64,000 nucleotides of DNA, taken from positions 4,593 to 68,592 of the forward strand of contig JAAZAR010000008.1 of the NCBI GenBank assembly GCA_012514235.1, given 5' to 3'. The notes below the pieces were generated by a model. That model had not been told where the DNA came from. It was given only the letters and a program-made list of their open reading frames with translations, and made no database searches. Both the position numbers and the translations under genes were made by a program. Position 1 is the first letter of the stretch, and the number at the start of each line of letters is the position of its first letter. Source of the stretch: Actinomycetota bacterium (GTDB taxonomy: Bacteria; Actinomycetota; Thermoleophilia; UBA2241). This document shows, one piece after another, positions 55,083 to 62,100 of the stretch.

Positions 55083-57679
55083 TGCAGACCGTCCTTCGCT
55101 CTCTCCGTTCGCCGAGGGTCCTTGCGGCGCTGGCCACCGCGATCGCGGCCGTCGTCGTGCTGGCGATCCTCCCGCCGTTCATCGGCCGCTACTACTCCCT
55201 CGTCATCTACGAGATGCTCGTGCTGGTCGCCCTCGCGCAGGCGTGGAACATGCTCGCCGGCTACGGCGGCCTGGTCTCGCTGGCGCCGGCCGTCTCCGTG
55301 GGCGTCGGCGCCTATACGGCCGCGGTGATCGGCGGCCACCTCGGCTGGCCGCTGCCGCTGCTGATCGTCTCCGGCGGTATCGCCGCGGGGCTGTTCGCGG
55401 TCGTCTTCAGCGTGCCGATGTTCCGCTTCCGCGGCCTCTACTTCGCCATCGCCACCCTCGTGCTGGCGCAGGCCGTGTACGTGTTCATGGTCAACTGGAA
55501 CGGCCTCGGCGGCACCACCGGCCTGTTCCTCACCGAGTACACGTCGCAGATCACGACGCTGTATCCCTACGCGCTCGCGCTCGCCGTCATCTCGACCGCG
55601 GTCATCTGGGTGGTGCTCAGGACCCGCCTGGGCCTGAGTCTCCGCGCCCTGCGCGACGACGAGGACACGGCGCAGGAGATCGGCGTCTCCACGTTCCGCA
55701 CCAAGCTCTGGGTGTGGGTGCTCTCGTCGTTCCTCATCGGCATGGTCGGCGCGCTCGAGGCACTGCGCCTCAGCGTCGTCACGCCTGACGGGGCGCTCTC
55801 CATCACGTGGACCATCAACATCGTGACGACGACGATCGTCGGCGGTGTCGGCACCATCATCGGCCCCGCCATCGGCGGCGTGTTCACCGTGTGGCTGGCG
55901 GAGAGCCTCGCCGACTACCCCGAGCTGCACGTGCTCATCACGGGACTCATCGTCATCCTGATCATCCGCTTCGCCCCGTTCGGCATCTGGGGCGTGGTCA
56001 AGCTGATCGCCGGCAGGTTCATCAAACGGAAGACGACGGAGGCCGGCGAGGAAGCCCAGATCGAGCTGACCGCCGAGCGGAGGGCCGCGTCATCGGCGGC
56101 GGCCGCGCAGATCGCCGGCGCGTTGAACGACGCGCCGGCGGAGGCCGCGGCCGCGGGCCCCGTGCTGCTCAGCTGCCAGGGCCTGACCAAGCGCTACGGC
56201 GACGTGGTCGCCGCCTCGGACATCACGCTCGAGGTCCGCAAGGGCGAGGTGCTCGGCATCATCGGGCCGAACGGGGCCGGCAAGAGCACGCTCGTCGGCA
56301 TGCTGAGCGGTGCCACGCACGCCACCTCCGGCACCGTCGTCTTCGACGGTCAGGACGTCTCGCACATGCCGTCCTTCAAGCGGGCGCGTCTGGGCATCGG
56401 CCGCACGCACCAGATCCCCAGGCCGTTCCGTCAGATGACGGTGCTCGAGAACCTGATGGTCGCCCGCCACTACGGGGCTCAGTCGTCGAGCGGCGGCGGG
56501 GTGTACGCCGAGTGCGAGACCATCCTGCACGAGCTCGGCCTGTGGGACGTCGCCCACGTCAAGGCCGAGGACCTGACGCTGCTGCAGCTCAAGCGGCTCG
56601 AGCTGGCGCGCACGCTGGCGCTCGAGCCCCGCATCCTGCTCATGGACGAGATCGGGGCGGGCCTCGTCGAGACCGAGGTCCTCGAGCTCATCGAGGTCAT
56701 CAAGGCCCTGCGACATCGCGTCGAGGCCATCGTCATCATCGAGCACATCATGGACGTCATCACCGAGTGCAGCGACCGGGTCGCCGTCCTGGACTTCGGC
56801 AAGCTCATCGCCGACGGCCCGGTGGCGCAGGTGCTGGCGGAGCCGGATGTCGTCTCCTGCTACCTGGGCACCGGGTGTGAGGAGCTCGTGCCGCGCGTGA
56901 CGCCTCACACGGTCAAGGAGGATGCCCGTCCGATCCTCTCGCTCGACGGCGTGTCGGCCGGCTACGGGCACTTCAAGGCGCTCTCGAACATCACCTTCGA
57001 CGTACACCAGGGCGAGGTCGTGGCCCTGCTCGGCACCAACGGCGCCGGCAAGACGACCGCGGCACGCGTCATCAGCGGCATGATCCCGGTCTCGACGGGC
57101 CGCATCACGCTGAGCGGCAAGGACATGACCGGGCTGCAGTCGCACGATGTGGCCAGACTGGGCCTGGCGCACTGCATGGAGGGCCGGCACATCTTCGCCG
57201 ACCTCACCGTGCACGAGAACCTCGTGCTGGCCGGGTCGGTCAAGAAGGCCGGCCTGCAGGACCGGCTCGCACGCGTGTACGACCTGTTCGAGGTGCTCGC
57301 CGAGCGCCGCGACAAGTCGGGCATGCAGCTCTCGGGCGGCCAGCAGCAGATGCTGGCCATCGGCCGCGCCCTGATGGCCGACCCCGACGTCATCATCTTC
57401 GACGAGATCGCGCTCGGCCTCGCGCCGGCGACGGTCGACCGTCTCTACGACACCCTCGTCAAGATCCGCGACGAGGGCACCACGATGATCCTCATCGAGC
57501 AGAACATGGAGCGGGGACTCAGCCTCGCAGACCGCGTGTTCGTGCTCGAGAAGGGCACGATCGCGCTGGGCGGCACTCCGGACGAACTGCGCGGAGACCC
57601 TCGCCTCGAGGCGCTCTACATGGGCGAGGCGCAGGCGGAAGTACCGACCGCGGCTGGCACCGCAAGGGAGGAACAGTGA
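55082..57679 (+). CDS. Fused ABC transporter protein: LivM-type permease + LivG-type ATPase + LivF-type ATPase in one 865-aa ORF
   Basis: There is no stop codon between the three domains. The permease (YSLVIYEMLVLVALAQAWNMLAGYGGLVSLA) runs to ~56000. ATPase 1 has Walker A GPNGAGKST (~56264) and Walker B ILLMDE. ATPase 2 has Walker A GTNGAGKTT (~57031), the signature LSGGQQQ, and Walker B IIFDE. Confidence 0.85.
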   Translation: MQTVLRSLRSPRVLAALATAIAAVVVLAILPPFIGRYYSLVIYEMLVLVALAQAWNMLAGYGGLVSLAPAVSVGVGAYTAAVIGGHLGWPLPLLIVSGGIAAGLFAVVFSVPMFRFRGLYFAIATLVLAQAVYVFMVNWNGLGGTTGLFLTEYTSQITTLYPYALALAVISTAVIWVVLRTRLGLSLRALRDDEDTAQEIGVSTFRTKLWVWVLSSFLIGMVGALEALRLSVVTPDGALSITWTINIVTTTIVGGVGTIIGPAIGGVFTVWLAESLADYPELHVLITGLIVILIIRFAPFGIWGVVKLIAGRFIKRKTTEAGEEAQIELTAERRAASSAAAAQIAGALNDAPAEAAAAGPVLLSCQGLTKRYGDVVAASDITLEVRKGEVLGIIGPNGAGKSTLVGMLSGATHATSGTVVFDGQDVSHMPSFKRARLGIGRTHQIPRPFRQMTVLENLMVARHYGAQSSSGGGVYAECETILHELGLWDVAHVKAEDLTLLQLKRLELARTLALEPRILLMDEIGAGLVETEVLELIEVIKALRHRVEAIVIIEHIMDVITECSDRVAVLDFGKLIADGPVAQVLAEPDVVSCYLGTGCEELVPRVTPHTVKEDARPILSLDGVSAGYGHFKALSNITFDVHQGEVVALLGTNGAGKTTAARVISGMIPVSTGRITLSGKDMTGLQSHDVARLGLAHCMEGRHIFADLTVHENLVLAGSVKKAGLQDRLARVYDLFEVLAERRDKSGMQLSGGQQQMLAIGRALMADPDVIIFDEIALGLAPATVDRLYDTLVKIRDEGTTMILIEQNMERGLSLADRVFVLEKGTIALGGTPDELRGDPRLEALYMGEAQAEVPTAAGTAREEQ

Positions 57680-58308
57680 CACAGGAGCTGACCCAGGCCA
57701 TCGTCGAGCTGCGTGAGGCCGACGCCCTGGCCATGGTCGACCGGAAGCTGGCGGAGGGGGTCGACCCCGTCGCCATCCTGGCCGAATGCAAGACGGCCAT
57801 GGACACGATCGGGGACAAGTTCGCCGCCGGCGAGGCCTTCATCCCCGAACTCATCATGGCCGGCGAGATCATGTCCGGCGTCTCGGCCAGGCTGAAGCCG
57901 CATCTGCAGTCGACGCCCGCGGACGACGACAAGCTCGGCGTCGTGGTCATCGGCACCGTGCAGGGCGACATCCACGACATCGGCAAGGACATCGTGGTCA
58001 CGATGCTCGACATCGCCGGCTTCGACGTGGTCGACCTGGGCGTGGACGTCAAGGTGGACGAGTTCGTCACCGCCGCACGGGAGAAGGGCGCGAAGATCAT
58101 CGCCATGAGCTGCCTGCTCACGAGCGCCATCGACTCGATGAAGAAGGTCGTCGCGGCCGCTCGCGAGGCCGGGCTGAACGACACGAAGCTCATGATCGGT
58201 GGCGCGCCGATCACGGAGCAGGTCGTCGCGTACACTGGAGCCGACGGCTACGGCAAGGACGCCGTGGAGGCCGTCGAGCTCGCCAGACAGTGGATCGGGG
58301 AGGCGTGA
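57676..58308 (+). CDS. Cobalamin-binding corrinoid protein, methyltransferase-linked type (CP3)
   Basis: 210 aa with EAFIPELIMAGEIM, VQGDIHDIGKD and MSCLLT. GTGA overlap with the fused ABC gene. Confidence 0.88.
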   Translation: MTQELTQAIVELREADALAMVDRKLAEGVDPVAILAECKTAMDTIGDKFAAGEAFIPELIMAGEIMSGVSARLKPHLQSTPADDDKLGVVVIGTVQGDIHDIGKDIVVTMLDIAGFDVVDLGVDVKVDEFVTAAREKGAKIIAMSCLLTSAIDSMKKVVAAAREAGLNDTKLMIGGAPITEQVVAYTGADGYGKDAVEAVELARQWIGEA

Positions 58309-59654
58309 TGGCGTTCACTGAAGACTGGAAGGACCTTGACGCGCGCCAGCGGTACGAGGCGCGCATGGACGCCTGGGCGAACCCGGCGGTCGAGTTCGAG
58401 TCGGACGCGGTCAGACAGCAGTATCAGGACCGCGTCCAGCTCTTCCGCGACGCCGTGGAGCTCAAGAAGCCGGCGCGCGTGCCGATCGCGCCGTGGATGA
58501 GCCTCTTCCCGGGTCTCTCCCAAGGGCTCACCGCCAAGGAGACCTACTACGACTACGCCAAGCTGGCCGATGCCTGGATGAAGTTCCACGCCGAGTACCG
58601 GCAGGACGTGCTGGCTTTCTCCATCAACATCGTGCCGGTGCACATCTACGACGCCCTGGACTACAGGCTCTACGACTGGCCGGGGCACGGCGTGGGTGAG
58701 GACTCGGGCTACCAGTACAACGAGGCCGAGTACATGAAGGCCGACGAGTACGACCTGCTCATCGCCGACCCCTCCGGCTACTGGCAGCGGTTCTACCTGC
58801 CGCGGGTCATCGGAGCGTTTGAGCCGTGGGCCACCCTCGACCCCTTCACCGATCTGGTCGAGGGTCCCACCGTCGGCCCGTTCTTCATCCCGTTCGGCAC
58901 GCCGCCGGTCCAGGAGATGCTCAAGAAGATGATCGACGCCGGCAATGCGGCCATGGAGTGGATCCAGAACTTCTCGGCGATGGACGCAAAGGCGACGGCG
59001 AAGTACGGCCTTCCGGGTTTCGCCGGCGGCGTGACCAAGGCCCCGTACGACATCCTCGGCGACACGCTGCGCGGCACGCGCGGCCTCATGCTCGACGTGT
59101 TCCGTCAGCCGGACAAGGTCCTCGAGGCGTGCGAGCGCCTGGTGCCGCTCGCCATCGACTGGGCGGTGCGCAGCAACGACAAGACGCGGCACCCGTTCGT
59201 CTTCATCCCGCTGCACAAGGGCGCCGACGGGTTCCTCAGCGACGCCGACTTCCGCACGTTCTACTGGCCGACGCTCAAGAAGGTCCTGCAGGGCCTGATC
59301 GACGAGGGTCTCGTGCCGCTGTGCTTCGCCGAGGGCGCGTACAACGACCGCCTCGAGGCGATCCACGACGAGGAGATCCCGGCCGGCAGGATGATCTGGA
59401 TGTTCGACGCCACCAACATGAGCGAGGCGAAGAGGCACCTCGGCGGCTACCAGTGCATCGGCGGCAACGTGCCGGGCGCACTGCTCACCACCGGGACCGT
59501 GCAGGACATGGACGACTACGTGCGCCAGCTCATCGAGGACGTCGCCAGGGACGGCGGGTTCATCCTCGGCTCGGGCATCGTCATCGACGAGGCCAAGCCG
59601 GAGTGCGTCAAGCAGATGATCGAGGCGGGCCTCAAGTACGGCGCACAGGCCTGA
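58308..59654 (+). CDS. URO-D-fold putative substrate:corrinoid methyltransferase (MT-B)
   Basis: 448 aa and a close paralog of MT-C. It contains FIPLHKGADGFLSDADFRTFYWPTLKKVL..CFAEGAY..MFD. TGATG overlap with CP3. Confidence 0.7.
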   Translation: MAFTEDWKDLDARQRYEARMDAWANPAVEFESDAVRQQYQDRVQLFRDAVELKKPARVPIAPWMSLFPGLSQGLTAKETYYDYAKLADAWMKFHAEYRQDVLAFSINIVPVHIYDALDYRLYDWPGHGVGEDSGYQYNEAEYMKADEYDLLIADPSGYWQRFYLPRVIGAFEPWATLDPFTDLVEGPTVGPFFIPFGTPPVQEMLKKMIDAGNAAMEWIQNFSAMDAKATAKYGLPGFAGGVTKAPYDILGDTLRGTRGLMLDVFRQPDKVLEACERLVPLAIDWAVRSNDKTRHPFVFIPLHKGADGFLSDADFRTFYWPTLKKVLQGLIDEGLVPLCFAEGAYNDRLEAIHDEEIPAGRMIWMFDATNMSEAKRHLGGYQCIGGNVPGALLTTGTVQDMDDYVRQLIEDVARDGGFILGSGIVIDEAKPECVKQMIEAGLKYGAQA

Positions 59655-59758
59655 GCGCCTGAGCTCGATGCGCGACCCCGGCGTCTGAAGGCGTCGGGTC
59701 GGACCGTGAGGCCCGCGAAGCGGGTGTGAGCCGGCGCTCAAGCGCCGGAGCCGAAGTC

Positions 59759-59796
59759 GACGGCGGGGGTCGCGAGGCCCCCGCCGTCAGCCTTTT
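59759..59796. terminator. Intrinsic terminator between the convergent MT-B and CP4 genes
   Basis: An 11-bp perfect stem (GACGGCGGGGG-8 nt-CCCCCGCCGTC) followed by AGCCTTTTCT on the + strand. Confidence 0.7.
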
Positions 59797-59823
59797 CTCG
59801 GCGGCGGCGAGCGCCGGGAAGGC

Positions 59824-60498
59824 TCAGGCGATGAGCGCGCGCACGAAGTCCAAACCGCGCGCCGCGTCGACGCACCAGCCGTCGGCGCCCAGGCGGTCGC
59901 TCACCATCCCGTCGACGGCGGCGCCGCCCAGCACGACCGGCAGGTGCGGGTGCCAGGCGGAGGACTGCCTCCGCACGAGGTCGATGGTCTCGCGCAGCGC
60001 CTCGTAGCCGGACGTGAGCAGGCACGAGAGACCCAGCACGTCCGGCCGCTCGCGCTCGACTGCCTCGGCGACGGCCTCCGGGGTCACGTTGACGCCGAGG
60101 TCCACCATCGTGAAGCCCTCGGCGTCGAGCAGCGCGACCACGATGTTCTTGCCGATGTCGTGGATGTCGCCGCGCACGGTGGCGATGACCATCTTCGCGC
60201 CGCCGGAGCCGGCCGCGGCGCCGCCGCCGGTCGCCGTGCCGGCCTGGGCGGCGCCGATGCGAGGGTAGAGCAGCTCGGCGGCTTCACGGATGATCTCGCC
60301 GGCCATGATGAGGGCCGAGATGAAGTAGGTGCCCTCCTCGTACAGCCGGCCCACCCGCTCCATACCGGTGCGACACTCGCCGACGAGCACGGCCGGATCC
60401 TCGCCCGCGCCGAGCCGCTCGCGGATCTGCGCGAGCGCCCCGCGCTCGTCCATGCGCACGATGAGCTCGTCGAGGCTGTCGCCGGGAGTGGTGCTCAC
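59824..60498 (-). CDS. Cobalamin-binding corrinoid protein, regulator-linked type (CP4)
   Basis: 224 aa from the GTG at 60498, which follows an AGGAAGGAG RBS. It contains GTYFISALIMAGEIIREA, VRGDIHDIGKN and LSCLLT. It lies 5 nt downstream of the GntR2 stop. Confidence 0.85.
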   Translation of the reverse strand: MSTTPGDSLDELIVRMDERGALAQIRERLGAGEDPAVLVGECRTGMERVGRLYEEGTYFISALIMAGEIIREAAELLYPRIGAAQAGTATGGGAAAGSGGAKMVIATVRGDIHDIGKNIVVALLDAEGFTMVDLGVNVTPEAVAEAVERERPDVLGLSCLLTSGYEALRETIDLVRRQSSAWHPHLPVVLGGAAVDGMVSDRLGADGWCVDAARGLDFVRALIA

Positions 60499-60503
60499 GA
60501 GGA

Positions 60504-61259
60504 TCAGACTCCTTCCTGGGGGCCGGGGATGCCGACCGTGGTGGTGAAGCTGAGCCGGTCGGCGCGGCCGACGAAGCGGCCCCAGCTCTCCGGCCGGTCG
60601 TCGAAGTCGAAGAAGAGGTGCTCGAGCACCCAGGCGAGCGTGCCGGGCTGCTCTCCGAGCTGGGACGCCTCCGTCTCGGTGAAGGCGGAGGCGTGCAGTG
60701 TGAGGCGGCCGAACTTGAGGTCCGAGCCGTGGGCGCCGGAGAAGAGGTCCTGCAGCGCCGTGGTGGCGAGCTCGGCCTCGACCAGCGGGCGGGCCGGATC
60801 GAAGACGAGGTACTCGCTGTGGTAGAAGACCGGCTCGTCGCCGCGCAGGAGCAGTCGCTTGATGGAGATGACGCGCTCGCCCTCCTCGCGCGCCAGCTTC
60901 TCGGCCACGCGCGGACCGGCCGAGACGATGCGCGCCTCGAGGATGCGCGCTTCGACGTCCGGGCTGGCCAGGTAGCGCATGAGGTCGCCGAGGTCGAAGC
61001 TGGCGGCGGCCAGCTGCGGGGGCTTCACGAACGTGCCGCGGCCGTGCTCCGTGACTACGACGTCCGCGCGGACCAGCTCGCCGATGGCCCGGCGCACGGT
61101 CATCGGGCTGACCGAGAACGCGGCGCAGAGCTCCGCCTCCGACGGCAGCCGGTCGCCGGGCCGGTACGCGCCGCCGGCGATGCGCTCGCGGATGGTGCGC
61201 GCGAGCTGCGCGTAGGGAGGCTCGAACGAGTCTCGGTCGATCGGCGGGCGGTCCTTCAC
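60504..61259 (-). CDS. GntR-family (HutC/UTRA) transcriptional regulator, paralog of GntR1 (GntR2)
   Basis: 251 aa with LPSEAELCAAFSVSPMTVRRAIGELVRADVVVTEHGRGTFV. The UTRA half is colinear with GntR1 (..AWVLEH(I/L)F..). Confidence 0.87.
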   Translation of the reverse strand: MKDRPPIDRDSFEPPYAQLARTIRERIAGGAYRPGDRLPSEAELCAAFSVSPMTVRRAIGELVRADVVVTEHGRGTFVKPPQLAAASFDLGDLMRYLASPDVEARILEARIVSAGPRVAEKLAREEGERVISIKRLLLRGDEPVFYHSEYLVFDPARPLVEAELATTALQDLFSGAHGSDLKFGRLTLHASAFTETEASQLGEQPGTLAWVLEHLFFDFDDRPESWGRFVGRADRLSFTTTVGIPGPQEGV

Positions 61260-61325
61260 CGGGGAGTTCTCCTCGTGCCACGTCAGCGCGTCCGGCTACT
61301 CTGTCGCGGCATTCTAGCACTCTCG

Positions 61326-61366
61326 GACAAACTTCCCTAGACCAGTAGGGTAGTGGTTGGTATGAT
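61326..61366 (+). promoter_or_regulatory. Candidate promoter/operator in the GntR2-module C divergent region
   Basis: The sequence is GACAAACTTCCCTAGACCAGTAGGGTAGTGGTTGGTATGAT. It contains an inverted repeat CCCTA-N6-TAGGG (61335-61350), a -35-like TAGACC, a 17-nt spacer, and a -10 TATGAT (61361-61366). The element GACAAA..CTAGAC resembles GACAAA..CTATAC at 50750. Confidence 0.45.
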
Positions 61367-61464
61367 GGCGCCGGAACCGGCTGGACGCGCCGACCGGCGC
61401 TTGGCCATGGGGGAGGCCGCGAGCCGCTTGCGGGCTCGCGCCCATCACAGACCAGGGAGGTTGC

Positions 61465-62100
61465 ATGTCATCAGCGCTCAAAGAAGCGGTGATCGAGCTG
61501 CGCGAAGACGACGCGCTGCGGATCACGAGAGAGGCACTGCAAGGGGGCGCCGACCCGCTCGACATCGTCGCCGCCTGCCGCGAGGCGATGGACGTGATCG
61601 GGCAGCGGTTCGCCGACGGCGAGGCGTTCATCCCCGAGCTCATCATGGCGGGCGAGATCATGAGCGGCATCACCGCGGAGCTGAAGCCGTACCTCAAGGC
61701 TGAGGGCTCCGGCGGCAAGCTCGGCACGGTCGTGATGTGCACCGTCCAGGGCGACATCCACGACATCGGCAAGGACATCGTCGTGACCATGCTGGACATC
61801 GCGGGCTTCGAGGTCGTCGACCTTGGCGTGGACGTGCCGGTCGCCAAGGTCGTGGACAGCGTGCGCGAGAGCGGAGCGCAGGTGGTCGGGCTGAGCGGCC
61901 TGCTCACCGTCGCCTTCGACTCGATGAAGGCCACGGTGGCCGCGCTCGACGAAGCCGGTCTGCGCGGCCAGGTCAAGGTCATGCTTGGCGGCGCCCCAGT
62001 GACGGACGCCGTGGTGGAGTACGCCGGGGCCGACGCATGGGGCAAGGACGCGGTCGACGCCGTCGAACTCGCCAGGCAGTGGACGGGAGGTGCGTCATGA
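61465..62100 (+). CDS. Cobalamin-binding corrinoid protein, methyltransferase-linked type (CP5)
   Basis: 211 aa with EAFIPELIMAGEIM, VQGDIHDIGKD and LSGLLT. A GGGAGG RBS is present. Confidence 0.88.
   Translation: MSSALKEAVIELREDDALRITREALQGGADPLDIVAACREAMDVIGQRFADGEAFIPELIMAGEIMSGITAELKPYLKAEGSGGKLGTVVMCTVQGDIHDIGKDIVVTMLDIAGFEVVDLGVDVPVAKVVDSVRESGAQVVGLSGLLTVAFDSMKATVAALDEAGLRGQVKVMLGGAPVTDAVVEYAGADAWGKDAVDAVELARQWTGGAS

Noticed and set aside
60499-61320. A reading of ORF 59824-61320 as a single 498-aa protein (an apparent regulator-corrinoid fusion).
   Set aside because: Its first 274 codons are an out-of-frame overlap of the GntR2 gene and are Arg/Pro-rich with no HTH. GntR2 is encoded in a different frame (60504-61259) and ends with its own stop. 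The corrinoid protein starts at the GTG at 60498, behind a strong RBS.
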